From sequence record OR352941.1: 64,000 nt of DNA; one strand, written 5' to 3'. The number at the start of each line of letters is the position of its first letter. The first letter of the stretch is position 1. The translations under genes were made by a program, and so were the position numbers. The notes beneath the pieces were generated by a model that was given only the letters and a program-made list of their open reading frames with translations, ran no database searches and was not told the DNA's origin. This document shows positions 9,564-19,384 of this stretch, piece after piece. This DNA comes from Escherichia phage AV111.

Positions 9564-10034
9564 TTAATCATGTTTCCACACCCCATCGGTATTTGACCAA
9601 AGTCGCTGATTATCTGATCCTCGCCACAGCTTTTTAGTCGGAAGATTTTTCTCATACTTCCCATCAATAATAACATCAACATATTTAAGCATTTCTAGTT
9701 GTTTAATATCTTCAAACTTATATCCTGTCCACAACCAAATGCTTTTATTGGGATAAAGATTTTTTACTGTTTGAACAATGCAATGAATAACATCTCGATT
9801 ATCAGGATAGAGAGGGTCTCCTCCGGTTATAGTCAATCCTTCTATATAATCGTTATTCAAACATTCAATTAATTGTTCTAGTGTTTCACCAGTGAATGGA
9901 ATACCATTTCTAGCATTCCATGTTGATTTATTATAGCACCCTTCACATTTATGCAAACAACCTGTAACGAAAAGAACGACCCTGCATCCAGGGCCATTCA
10001 CAAAATCGCAAGGATAAAATCTATCATAATTCAT
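9564..10034 (-). CDS. nrdG: anaerobic ribonucleotide reductase activating protein (radical SAM)
   Basis: 156 aa; CLHKCEGCYN radical-SAM cysteine motif; ATGA overlap with nrdD stop. Confidence 0.9.
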   Translation of the reverse strand: MNYDRFYPCDFVNGPGCRVVLFVTGCLHKCEGCYNKSTWNARNGIPFTGETLEQLIECLNNDYIEGLTITGGDPLYPDNRDVIHCIVQTVKNLYPNKSIWLWTGYKFEDIKQLEMLKYVDVIIDGKYEKNLPTKKLWRGSDNQRLWSNTDGVWKHD

Positions 10035-11848
10035 TGGTGTTTAACCCTATGCATGATTTCTTTATTTTTGCCGAGATTAAATCCGCGTTCGTTCGGGTTT
10101 CCCAAATAACCGCATGTTCTTCTTATGGTGTTCATCTTTTTAGGATCAGTTTCTCCGCAAACTGAACAAACAAATCCGTTTTCAGTAGGAGTCATTTCAT
10201 GGGTACTTCCACATGTAAAACATTTATCTACTGGCATATTAACACCAAAATAATCTAAATGTTGTGCAGCATAATCCCACACGGCCTCAAGTCCTTTTAA
10301 GTTATTTTTCATATCAGGAAGTTCAACATAAGAAATGTGACCACCTGTCGCAATGAAATGATATGGCGCTTCACGAGAAATCTTTTCAAACGGAGTAATA
10401 TTTTCTTCTACTGAAACGTGGAAACTGTTAGTGTACCAGCCTTTATCGGTAACATCTTTTACACTTCCATATTTTTCTGTATCGAGTTTACAGAAGCGAT
10501 AACAAAGGTTTTCAGCAGGAGTAGAATACAAACTAAAAGCAAAACCAGTTCTTTCAGTCCACTGCTTAAGATGAGCATTCATTTTAGTTAAAATTTCTTG
10601 CCCAATATCACGGCCGACAAGAATATTCAATTCGTGAATACCAATGTATCCTAAAGACACTGAACTTCTACCGTTTTTAAATAACTCAATTATGTCGTCA
10701 TCAGGTTTAAGACGAACCCCGAATGCACCTTCTTGGTAAAGAATAGGAGCTACAGTTGCTTTAACTCCTTTTAAGGAACTAATTCTACACATCAAAGCTT
10801 CAAAACACAGGTCCATTCGTTCGTTAAATAGCTCAACAAATTTCTGTTCATTGAACTGTGTTCCAATATAAGAATCTAACGCAATACGAGGAAGATTCAG
10901 TGTTACAACACCAAGATTATTACGTCCATCAAGAATTTCATTACCAGTCGAATCTTTCCATACGCTCAAGAAACTACGGCAACCCATTGGAGAAACTGGA
11001 ACTGAAGAACCGGTAATAGCTTTATTATTCTTAACCGAAATAATGTCAGGATACATTCTTTTGCTTGCACATTCTAACGCAAGTTGTTTAATATCATAGT
11101 TTGGATCATCTTTATAAAGATTAACACCTTCTTCAACAAACATAACAAGTTTAGGAAAAATAGGAGTTATTCCATCACGACCAAGACCTTTAATGCGGTT
11201 TTTAAGAATTGCCTTCTGAATCATTCGTTCAGTCCAATCGGTTCCCGTACCAAATGTAATTGTTACAAAAGGAGTTTGTCCGTTTGAACTAAAGAGAGTG
11301 TTTACTTCATATTCATAAGCTTGGAATGCATCGTATACGTCTTTTTCTGTTTTAGATTGAGCATAATTCAACGCGTCAGCGATTTGCCATTTTTCTGCAT
11401 CTTCAACATGTTTAGCGTATGTACGTTTAACATAAGGAGAAAGAACTTTATCGACATTCGCAAAAGTCGTTCCGCCGTATTGGTGTGAAGCAACTTGTGC
11501 AGTAATTTGTGCCATAATTGCAGTAGCAACACCAATCGATTTAGGCGTTTCAATTTGAGCATTGCCTAATTTAAATCCGTTCTCAAGCATCCCTTTTAAA
11601 TCTACTAAACAACAATTAGTAAAAGGCAATGATATACTGTAATCTAAATCATGAAAATGAATTAACCCGGCATTATGAGCATTTACAATATGGCTTGGAA
11701 GAATACTGCAAGCGATATGTTTAGAAACAATACCGGCCATTAAATCTCTTTTTGTTGGAAAGACACGAGAATCTTTGTTGGCGTTTTCGGTATTTAATTC
11801 TTTATCTTTATTTGAAATAAAATTTAAAACATCTTTCTCTAAAGACAT
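10031..11848 (-). CDS. nrdD: anaerobic ribonucleoside-triphosphate reductase
   Basis: 605 aa as in T4 NrdD; C-terminal zinc ribbon and glycyl-radical region RRTCGYLG; no interruption. Confidence 0.9.
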   Translation of the reverse strand: MSLEKDVLNFISNKDKELNTENANKDSRVFPTKRDLMAGIVSKHIACSILPSHIVNAHNAGLIHFHDLDYSISLPFTNCCLVDLKGMLENGFKLGNAQIETPKSIGVATAIMAQITAQVASHQYGGTTFANVDKVLSPYVKRTYAKHVEDAEKWQIADALNYAQSKTEKDVYDAFQAYEYEVNTLFSSNGQTPFVTITFGTGTDWTERMIQKAILKNRIKGLGRDGITPIFPKLVMFVEEGVNLYKDDPNYDIKQLALECASKRMYPDIISVKNNKAITGSSVPVSPMGCRSFLSVWKDSTGNEILDGRNNLGVVTLNLPRIALDSYIGTQFNEQKFVELFNERMDLCFEALMCRISSLKGVKATVAPILYQEGAFGVRLKPDDDIIELFKNGRSSVSLGYIGIHELNILVGRDIGQEILTKMNAHLKQWTERTGFAFSLYSTPAENLCYRFCKLDTEKYGSVKDVTDKGWYTNSFHVSVEENITPFEKISREAPYHFIATGGHISYVELPDMKNNLKGLEAVWDYAAQHLDYFGVNMPVDKCFTCGSTHEMTPTENGFVCSVCGETDPKKMNTIRRTCGYLGNPNERGFNLGKNKEIMHRVKHQ

Positions 11849-12660
11849 AATTCTAATTTATCCTTTTGAAATTCTTCGTCTAAATATGGGTTCCAACCCA
11901 TTTTAAACCTTTTGATGAAATTATCAATTCTAAATTTCGGTAAGTTTAAATCCGCAAAAATAGATGATTTACTTTTAAAATCTGGACCTAAATAATCATA
12001 TAAAATTTCTGCGTATTTTAACCATAATATATAAGTACCAGATTTAATTGCTCTCGGAGTTTTCCAAGGTTTTACACCATACATCGGATTTCCACTTCCT
12101 TTATGCCTGATAGAAGATGAAATTCCAATTTTAATTTTAGCTTCCTCTGTATGCGAAAATCCATGATGTGGATTTTCTTTCCAGTATTTTTTAGAAGCTT
12201 CTGATATTTTCTTTCTGGCTAAATTAGTATGATGCTTTCCATAAAATCCATGATTTTTACCTTTATTACGATTTCTTTTAATCATGGTTATTGATTGCTT
12301 TTTTCTAGTTTCTTTAGAAGGAGAAACACCATACGTTGTAAATTGACCATTAGCATATGCTAAATTAAAATACTCTTTATTCCATATATCTTTTTCTATA
12401 TTCTTTTGAAATTCAGCTTCAATGCTAGTTATTTGCTCATCTCCGACTAATTGAAAATATAATATTTCAACTTTCGGCGTTTCTTTCAACAGGGCTTTTT
12501 GAAATTCGGAAGATGACGAAGACGAATAATAAAATTTACCATTTTTATCAATAATATTCGTTCCGTCAAAAGTGCAATTAGTTTTACTTCCAATGTAATA
12601 ATATGGCGGGGTTTTAGCATTAATTCTATTAATAAATGATAGTTTATATACTACATTCAT
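11839..12660 (-). CDS. GIY-YIG (Seg-like) homing endonuclease with NUMOD3 repeats
   Basis: 273 aa; N-terminal VYKLSFIN...YYYIGS GIY-YIG-type motif; Lys-rich S.E.K.KIS repeats; inserted between nrdD and gene 49. Confidence 0.65.
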   Translation of the reverse strand: MNVVYKLSFINRINAKTPPYYYIGSKTNCTFDGTNIIDKNGKFYYSSSSSSEFQKALLKETPKVEILYFQLVGDEQITSIEAEFQKNIEKDIWNKEYFNLAYANGQFTTYGVSPSKETRKKQSITMIKRNRNKGKNHGFYGKHHTNLARKKISEASKKYWKENPHHGFSHTEEAKIKIGISSSIRHKGSGNPMYGVKPWKTPRAIKSGTYILWLKYAEILYDYLGPDFKSKSSIFADLNLPKFRIDNFIKRFKMGWNPYLDEEFQKDKLELCL

Positions 12661-13130
12661 TTTAAACTCTTTCTAAGCTGCTTTTTGAATGAAGCTATTA
12701 ATTGTGTTTTAGTATCAGATTCATTATATTCAAATCCTCTTTGAAGCATCTCAGCCATCATTTCCTCTTTGCCTAGTCTTGAGAACTCTTTAGTTTTGTC
12801 TGGAACAAAATTAGGATGGATATTATTATCAGAATAATCTTGTTTCAAATAAGCAAGAAGAGCTTCAAGCCATTCGAGGTAGTCAACATCACGTCCTTTA
12901 AGACCGGAACGATTGAACTTATGCTTCATTTGGCCTTCTGCTGCGTTGCACAGAGAACAGAGTAACCCACGAACTCTACCGGCTTTTGGCCCGTTTAATT
13001 CGTGGTCGTGGTCAAGATGGTTACCTTGAACATCAGGGTCTAATTCACGGTGGCAAATAGGACACTTACCATTCTGTGCATCATAAAATTTTTGTTTTTC
13101 TTCTTTGTATAATTTGCCAGATAATAACAT
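12657..13130 (-). CDS. 49: endonuclease VII (Holliday junction resolvase)
   Basis: 157 aa as in T4; CPICHREL...HLDHDH...CSLCN zinc/His motif; late promoter upstream. Confidence 0.9.
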   Translation of the reverse strand: MLLSGKLYKEEKQKFYDAQNGKCPICHRELDPDVQGNHLDHDHELNGPKAGRVRGLLCSLCNAAEGQMKHKFNRSGLKGRDVDYLEWLEALLAYLKQDYSDNNIHPNFVPDKTKEFSRLGKEEMMAEMLQRGFEYNESDTKTQLIASFKKQLRKSLK

Positions 13131-13160
13131 AATAAACCCTTACCATATATAAGATAAGGG

Positions 13161-13168
13161 TATTTATA
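13161..13168 (-). promoter_or_regulatory. late promoter (TATAAATA) for gene 49
   Basis: Exact TATAAATA on minus strand about 30 nt upstream of gp49 ATG. Confidence 0.55.
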
Positions 13169-13359
13169 ATTTAGTAAACGTTATAAAAGTCTCGATGAAA
13201 ACGTTTATACTGTCGAATCATTCTTTTAGTAGGACGTGTTACCGAAATGATTGAAGTCCTCATGTTCGGATTGTTTGGAGCCCCAATCATAATAAATTTC
13301 CAGGATTTTTGGCCGTTTGTTCTTTCGCCATAAAATAGTTCAGTTTTCATAATAAACCT

Positions 13360-13773
13360 TTAACTTAAACGTCTTTCTAAATATTCAATGTATTCCGCTG
13401 CGGCTTGCATCAGATTACCTTCATAACCGTCATTATTTTCTTGGGCGGCTAATTTAGCTAAAGCATAAGAAATACGTTCACCTTCGAATTCGCCAAGTCC
13501 ACCATCACAAACTACTTGGTCAATTTCTTCGAGTTCATCTATTGAATGGGATTCCCAGAAGCACCAAAGAGAAGTATCACGGTCATAGATGCAAAGTTTC
13601 TCACCTGTGTTCAACATCACTTCAATAATGCCATGGTCGCCATAACCATCTTCGGTAGTAGTGCCAATTACCTTGATGATTGTTCCTTTCTTTAATTCAG
13701 GAAACTTATCTTGGAGTTCTTCGTCATCTTTAACAATCTTGAACCACTTACCACGTGTGTCAGAAATATTCAT
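13360..13773 (-). CDS. hypothetical protein (position of T4 pin; start uncertain)
   Basis: Track ORF 183 aa; internal Met MNISDTRGKW gives 137 aa; identity to pin not verified. Confidence 0.35.
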   Translation of the reverse strand: MNISDTRGKWFKIVKDDEELQDKFPELKKGTIIKVIGTTTEDGYGDHGIIEVMLNTGEKLCIYDRDTSLWCFWESHSIDELEEIDQVVCDGGLGEFEGERISYALAKLAAQENNDGYEGNLMQAAAEYIEYLERRLS

Positions 13774-14073
13774 ATCAATATCCTCTATAAAAGTTGCGAT
13801 GCGTGCGTTTCGCTTTGCGAAGCTGACGTTTAGTTGGTCGAACCGTAAATGGTCGTCCGGAGAAAAAATTCGGATCGGTTTTAATAAGCAAATACCAATC
13901 ATGCTTGCCATTTTTTAATAAACGGTACAATAATTTAACTTGCATAATAATCTCTTCCCATCTCCATATCAATTAATTCATTTATTGAAGGTTCATCATA
14001 ACACGTTTCTTCGTCGTTGTAAACTGTTTCGACGTCTGGCTCGACTGTCTCCCATCGAGCCGAATACCATGGC

Positions 14074-14430
14074 TTAACCCCGGAGTTTATTGAGCTCTTC
14101 ATAATCAATCCAGGATTCTAGCCCTGACGGCAGGTCACATTCAATGTTCCACAGAAGCTCTTCAATGGCTTGCAGGCGATTATATTCTTCAACGGTAATG
14201 GTAACCATTGGTGCAACCGGTTCTGCCTTTTTAACCATCATGTCGTTCATCAGGACGTAAAGGTCATCACGAACGACAGTGTCGTTCCATCCCCATGATT
14301 TGGCTTCGTAAGCTAATGATGAAGGGAGCACATTTAAAACTTCAATAATAGTTGGAGCATCAGGACCAAGTTCATTGGCACAAACTTCGTATACATCTTG
14401 GAAATCTTTAAGATTTAATGAATATGTCAT
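14074..14430 (-). CDS. hypothetical acidic protein
   Basis: 118 aa ORF. Confidence 0.5.
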   Translation of the reverse strand: MTYSLNLKDFQDVYEVCANELGPDAPTIIEVLNVLPSSLAYEAKSWGWNDTVVRDDLYVLMNDMMVKKAEPVAPMVTITVEEYNRLQAIEELLWNIECDLPSGLESWIDYEELNKLRG

Positions 14431-14448
14431 TTAAAATTTTCTCGCAGG

Positions 14449-14745
14449 TTATTGTTCTACCCATGAACAAGAGACTTCAAAATCAGGACCACCGTATTCC
14501 CAGTGATATTCACCAACAGGAATCCAGTCACCGTGCTCGTTTTCTTCATAGTCCTCAGGCTCAAGGCCAACGAATCGCCATTGGACACCGATGATTCGAT
14601 TACCCATCATTACTCGAAATTCGCCCCATGGATTATCGATAGCATACTGAATATCGTTCTTGGCACGAGAGCACATTTCTTGATATAATAAAGCTTCTAA
14701 TTCACCCTGGTCATAAGGGCCAGGGAAAGTTAAATCAATACTCAT
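14449..14745 (-). CDS. hypothetical acidic protein
   Basis: 98 aa ORF; ATG overlaps nrdC stop. Confidence 0.5.
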   Translation of the reverse strand: MSIDLTFPGPYDQGELEALLYQEMCSRAKNDIQYAIDNPWGEFRVMMGNRIIGVQWRFVGLEPEDYEENEHGDWIPVGEYHWEYGGPDFEVSCSWVEQ

Positions 14746-15005
14746 TTAAAATATTCTCGCAGTTGATCAAATCCGCCAATGTGACTTCCGTCAGGAGCAA
14801 ACACTTGAGGCATAGTCAATCCAACTTGTGATTCACGTCCAAGCTTAACCAGAAGCTCAGTAATTTTCTCATCATCGAACACACCTTTTTCTGGCATAAC
14901 ATTAATGAATTCGAATGGCTGTTTCTTAACAGTCAGCAATCGTTTCGCATTATCACAATAAATGCATTTATGAATAGTAGAGTCATAACCGTACACTTTA
15001 AACAT
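14742..15005 (-). CDS. nrdC: thioredoxin (phage glutaredoxin)
   Basis: MFKVYGYDSTIHKCIYCDNAKRLL... matches recalled T4 NrdC; ATG 15005 with SD AAAGGA; 87 aa. Confidence 0.9.
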   Translation of the reverse strand: MFKVYGYDSTIHKCIYCDNAKRLLTVKKQPFEFINVMPEKGVFDDEKITELLVKLGRESQVGLTMPQVFAPDGSHIGGFDQLREYFK

Positions 15006-15411
15006 TATTTTTCCTTTCATCGATTAAATATGCAACACCAAATACAATACATGTAATAAAACCTGTGATACCGATAGAGAACATCAACACTGTACCAAAG
15101 AACCAAATCAAGTTATCTTTGGTAGTTTGTTTGATATCCATCTCACGAATTTCTATAGCTATCGTATCACCTTTATTCAGAAGCGTATAAAACGATGGCG
15201 ATACACGCCTGTCAAAAACTCGTCCTTGTTCATCTTTATAAACTGCAATAAATTCCAGTTTAGAATATTTTCCTGTAGATTGGCCTGAGATTAATTCTAC
15301 TACCTCCACAGGAATTACTTTAGTTTCCATGTAAGTATTCTGGCTGTTCCAAATGAATGGAATGATGGCAAAAACTAAAGCTGCAATAAAACAACGAAGG
15401 CTATATCTCAT
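14998..15411 (-). CDS. membrane protein, N- and C-terminal TM segments
   Basis: 137 aa, hydrophobic at both ends. Confidence 0.5.
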   Translation of the reverse strand: MRYSLRCFIAALVFAIIPFIWNSQNTYMETKVIPVEVVELISGQSTGKYSKLEFIAVYKDEQGRVFDRRVSPSFYTLLNKGDTIAIEIREMDIKQTTKDNLIWFFGTVLMFSIGITGFITCIVFGVAYLIDERKNNV

Positions 15412-15716
15412 TATAATGTTCTCTCAAATTTGTGGAAGCATTTACGGCATTTCAATTTCAAGTTATCAGTGGTCCAGTTAACCAGTTGGACTTGGATAGT
15501 TCCACATTCCGGGCATGGATGTTTTGCTGCCGATTTGGCAGCATTTTCACGTCGTTCAACCATTTTCATTATTTCGTTCCATGCCGGAGGAACGAACTCT
15601 TCTTCACCGTGGATTTTATCTCGCTGAACAAATTCAATCTTTGAACTATCGTCAATAAACTTAACCAAGCCATGATTAGTGCTCATATCAATATCCTCTA
15701 AAAGACGTAGTTTCAT
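15411..15716 (-). CDS. zinc-ribbon protein
   Basis: 101 aa; CPECG...CRKCFHKF C4 motif. Confidence 0.5.
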   Translation of the reverse strand: MKLRLLEDIDMSTNHGLVKFIDDSSKIEFVQRDKIHGEEEFVPPAWNEIMKMVERRENAAKSAAKHPCPECGTIQVQLVNWTTDNLKLKCRKCFHKFERTL

Positions 15717-16666
15717 TATAACACCTCAATGGCATTTCGTAAACCGTCCGCTTTCGCATTCAGAGCTTTTAACGATTTAGTTTGTTCTGCAATCTGGGCT
15801 TCGACTTCTTTCAGACGAGATTTGAGGTACTCACGTTCTTCGCTCAAGTTGTCAACTTTTTCTACTTTAGGTTCTTTAATAGTCTTAAGTTTATACTCGT
15901 TAGGGTTCTTCAACTTAATTCGGGTACGAGAACTATATAACATTGAACCGTTATCTTCGGATTCGTCGAACGTTTCAACAACATCCATAGTCTCTAACAA
16001 TGTAATAAGTTTATAAGACAACGAACGAATAGTTTTGTTGTGCTTATTAATTTCTTCGGCTTTCATAGTACCGAGATTACGTGAGTAGTAATAAGGAACC
16101 TGGATATCAATTGACAATGATGCGTTACCATTACCAGTTGGTTTGAATACTGCAGTAACCCAATCTTTAACATGAACTTTATTTGTACGGCCATCACCGC
16201 CAGTGAATAATTTACGAGAATGTTTAAAAAGCATATTCACTTGTTTATTGAATTCACAAGCAAATTTATCAGCAAATTTAGTTTCAGGAATGGTAGATAA
16301 CCAATCAGCCAAATGAGTCTTTTTAACATCATTAACAATAGTGAATTCAACCAAATCGGTTTTAGATGTCACAGATTTAATAAAGCTCGGTTTCATAAAG
16401 TTTTTAATGTTATCGCGAGCTACAGTAGAAGATAATAAACGAGAACGTTTGAACCATTGAAGCAGCGTCCCTAGTGAATGAGAATATGCATTTTGAGTAT
16501 CTTTACAGATATGATTTTCTTGGCCTGTGTATGTACCAAAATCGCGAAGAATACCACTTACTACATCTCGGTGTGGAACATCAAATCCTAGTGCACCAAC
16601 AGCGCGCTGGGCACGAACGTTAGCGATAAGACCGGCAAAGTATTCAATGTAATGTGAACGTGTCAT
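15716..16666 (-). CDS. hypothetical protein with C-terminal coiled coil
   Basis: 316 aa; own early promoter 16695-16724. Confidence 0.55.
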   Translation of the reverse strand: MTRSHYIEYFAGLIANVRAQRAVGALGFDVPHRDVVSGILRDFGTYTGQENHICKDTQNAYSHSLGTLLQWFKRSRLLSSTVARDNIKNFMKPSFIKSVTSKTDLVEFTIVNDVKKTHLADWLSTIPETKFADKFACEFNKQVNMLFKHSRKLFTGGDGRTNKVHVKDWVTAVFKPTGNGNASLSIDIQVPYYYSRNLGTMKAEEINKHNKTIRSLSYKLITLLETMDVVETFDESEDNGSMLYSSRTRIKLKNPNEYKLKTIKEPKVEKVDNLSEEREYLKSRLKEVEAQIAEQTKSLKALNAKADGLRNAIEVL

Positions 16667-16694
16667 AATATTTTCCTCTCGTTAAGATAGATTC

Positions 16695-16724
16695 ATTATA
16701 CTCCAACCATCCTTGGTTGTAAAC
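16695..16724 (-). promoter_or_regulatory. early promoter
   Basis: Minus GTTTACA-N17-TATAAT; spacer holds CCAACCA/TGGTTGG inverted repeat. Confidence 0.55.
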
Positions 16725-16728
16725 CGTT

Positions 16729-17685
16729 TTATGATTTTAATGCATTCATTGCGTTAAAAAGTTTAGAATACTGCAACTGGAGATTCGTTACAACACTTTG
16801 AGCATCACGAAGCTTAGCTTGTGCTTTGTCAAGTTCAACGGACAGTTGGTCTACAGTAGCCTTGATTTGGTTGTAATAATAATCTTCGGCCGGAAGAAGG
16901 TCATTAGAAACATTTAGTTTTACTGCCGACAGTTTGCACACATTTGGCAAACCTTTAAACATATCGGGTTGTGCCGGAGAATATGCGCTTAGAACCTCTG
17001 CATTACCGACTGGTGTTGCTGTGATATTGCCTTCGAACGTTGCATTTTCCTTTTTAAGATTTTGATAGTATTCAGAGTCTTTGTGCCACCATGGCGCAGG
17101 AACCTTTTTACCAATAGATACACGAGCCTGGATAGCGATATGGCCCTTATTCTTGATAATGTCGATAATATTAAGCTCACGAGAATAAATCGCTTTAATC
17201 TGGTGGATATTATCACCTAAAACTTCCAACGCTTGGTGGAATACACGAGCAACGTTATCATTCTTAGGTTTATACGTAAGAGTGAACTCATTCTCACTGA
17301 TAACCATGATTTCCAACTTATCGTAAGTATATTTCAAATGTTTCATGTTAATTGCTTGAGGACGAATACGAGAAGCAATGGCCATCAAATTGTTAAGGTT
17401 ATTTCTGAACTGTTTAGCAAAATATTGTCCGGTGCCGCCGATACAAAAATTACGAAGTTTCTGTTTGGCTAATAAACGGCTGAACTCACCATTTTTAATG
17501 AACTCTTTAACGGGTGTGTTGGTAACGCATTCAAATTGAGTAAACTTACGAGAAGTAATCCCATAATATGAACAGATTTCCTCAATCTCTTCAGGAGTCT
17601 TTACAGGCATACGGATAGGATTAGGTCCTGGAGTATATGCGTTCGAGGTAAATTCTTTAATAAGTTCTCTACGTGTAATAGCCAT
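16729..17685 (-). CDS. hypothetical protein with C-terminal coiled coil
   Basis: 318 aa; own early promoter 17712-17740. Confidence 0.55.
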   Translation of the reverse strand: MAITRRELIKEFTSNAYTPGPNPIRMPVKTPEEIEEICSYYGITSRKFTQFECVTNTPVKEFIKNGEFSRLLAKQKLRNFCIGGTGQYFAKQFRNNLNNLMAIASRIRPQAINMKHLKYTYDKLEIMVISENEFTLTYKPKNDNVARVFHQALEVLGDNIHQIKAIYSRELNIIDIIKNKGHIAIQARVSIGKKVPAPWWHKDSEYYQNLKKENATFEGNITATPVGNAEVLSAYSPAQPDMFKGLPNVCKLSAVKLNVSNDLLPAEDYYYNQIKATVDQLSVELDKAQAKLRDAQSVVTNLQLQYSKLFNAMNALKS

Positions 17686-17711
17686 TTTATATTCCTCATG
17701 TTGAAAAATTT

Positions 17712-17740
17712 ATTATACTCCAACCATCCTTGGTTGTACA
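17712..17740 (-). promoter_or_regulatory. early promoter
   Basis: Minus TGTACA-N17-TATAAT, same spacer as 16695-16724. Confidence 0.5.
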
Positions 17741-18736
17741 TCATTCCTTAAGAAGTTTTACTACCTGAATAAGATTAGCTCGTTCTGTTTTATTTTTACC
17801 GTTTAAGCCTGCTAATCGTGAGATTTCATCGTCAGTCTGCTGAATAGTTACATTAAGTTCGTTAATCAAAGCTTCAAAGTATTTGATTTGCTCAGCATGT
17901 TTTGATTCAAATTTCTGAACCGGAATAACGTCTTGGTTTAGTTCATCAATAAGGTCTTTAAGAGCATCTTCTTGGTTGATATCATATTCAACTTCTTTTA
18001 TTTCTTCAACGAGCTCGTCTTTATATCTAACGTCTTTTAGTCCTGGTGCGGGTCCCGAAATCTCTTCTTTAAGAGTACAAACATATCCAATACGATATCC
18101 AATGCCATCTCGCTTGATATCAACTTCGTCGATAAATCCACAATGTTTAAGTCCAGAGCCGATTATGTCAAAATATCCTTGACGTCGCCCTTCAAACGTT
18201 ACACGAACTACTAAGACGGTTTTACCTGCAACCTTTTGAAGCTCACATTTATAAAAGTCAGTTGAACCTGAATAACGTGGATGAGTTTTAAAGTTCATCT
18301 GACGATCTAGGCCCATTTGTAAACGTGCTGATACAGCCAGAAAACGTGTTTGGTTCTCGTTAAGATGAGCAACAATCTGTTTCAAAGGCATTTTACCCTG
18401 TTCACGACCGAACAAATCGGTACGTCCTAAATTACGCAGGATATTGTTAGAGTTAATCATCGACAGAACGTTAAGTTTATTCAGCGCGCTGAAGATTCCA
18501 TCAGCCATTGATTTTCCATAACCTTTACACGCTTTAATAAGTGCTCGCGGCAGATTAGTATAAATTTCAGACGGCATATGAAAATCAAATTTTCTAACCA
18601 ATAATTGATGAACTTGGATAGCAATTTGCTCATAATTAAGTGCTCTGCGATCGTTATGGTCTTTAAACCACACTTTAATCTGTGAAGCACATAAACCGTT
18701 AATTTCATGTTTTACCGCATCAGATGTAATGCTCAT
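17741..18736 (-). CDS. hypothetical protein with C-terminal coiled coil
   Basis: 331 aa; promoter-like element 18772-18797. Confidence 0.55.
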   Translation of the reverse strand: MSITSDAVKHEINGLCASQIKVWFKDHNDRRALNYEQIAIQVHQLLVRKFDFHMPSEIYTNLPRALIKACKGYGKSMADGIFSALNKLNVLSMINSNNILRNLGRTDLFGREQGKMPLKQIVAHLNENQTRFLAVSARLQMGLDRQMNFKTHPRYSGSTDFYKCELQKVAGKTVLVVRVTFEGRRQGYFDIIGSGLKHCGFIDEVDIKRDGIGYRIGYVCTLKEEISGPAPGLKDVRYKDELVEEIKEVEYDINQEDALKDLIDELNQDVIPVQKFESKHAEQIKYFEALINELNVTIQQTDDEISRLAGLNGKNKTERANLIQVVKLLKE

Positions 18737-18771
18737 AACTATTTCCTCAGATTGAATTGGAACTCAAAACC

Positions 18772-18797
18772 ATTATAACCCGTCCTTGGGTAAAGCG
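18772..18797 (-). promoter_or_regulatory. promoter candidate (middle-type?)
   Basis: Minus CGCTTTAC (MotA-box-like) about 13 nt upstream of TATAAT at 18772-18777. Confidence 0.35.
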
Positions 18798-18798
18798 T

Positions 18799-19326
18799 TT
18801 ATGCGTGAACCGTCTTTAAACGTTCTTCAAATTTCCGAAGAGTACTAATACGTTCTGCTTTCTGTTTTGTATAGTTTGCAATACGTTCTGAAGTGAGAGC
18901 GTATCGTTCGTTTACTGTTTCTTTCATGAAGTCAGGGATTTCACGAGAAGCTTTAATTTCATCAAACTTATCGAGTACCGCCTGGTCTTCAGCGATTAAA
19001 TTTTCGTACATCTCGATATCTTTCTTGATAAACTCGATATCTTCCTGGGTTACTTTGGATAAACGAGATGCTTTATCCTTTTTGTACTGATCGTTAGTTT
19101 CACGAGACCAGAATAATGTACGTTTTTTGTTAGTGTTTTTGTAGACTTCCACAATTCCAACTGAATCGATGATAGCAATCCAATTCCAGCGAGATTTGAA
19201 AATCTGACCTCCGTCCACGGTAATCTCGTTACCATAAGCAATGTCATTAAAGAACTTACTTTGTGCTTCAGATTTAAATTTACCGTCGTTATAATTTACC
19301 AGGTTGAAAATATCTTTAGCGTTCAT
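18799..19326 (-). CDS. hypothetical protein
   Basis: 175 aa; early promoter 19354-19383. Confidence 0.5.
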   Translation of the reverse strand: MNAKDIFNLVNYNDGKFKSEAQSKFFNDIAYGNEITVDGGQIFKSRWNWIAIIDSVGIVEVYKNTNKKRTLFWSRETNDQYKKDKASRLSKVTQEDIEFIKKDIEMYENLIAEDQAVLDKFDEIKASREIPDFMKETVNERYALTSERIANYTKQKAERISTLRKFEERLKTVHA

Positions 19327-19353
19327 GTTTTACCTCCAGTAGTTGATAGGTCT

Positions 19354-19383
19354 ATAATAACATAACCATAGACCTTGTAAACA
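19354..19383 (-). promoter_or_regulatory. early promoter
   Basis: Minus GTTTACA-N17-TATTAT; AGGTCTAT/ATAGACCT inverted repeat. Confidence 0.5.
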
Positions 19384-19384
19384 A

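Noticed and set aside
9470-9682. 70 aa ORF overlapping the 3' end of nrdG
   Set aside because: Alternative frame within the confidently assigned nrdG coding sequence.
10031-11848. Group I intron in nrdD (as in T4)
   Set aside because: The nrdD reading frame is continuous at the full 605 aa length, so no intron is present.
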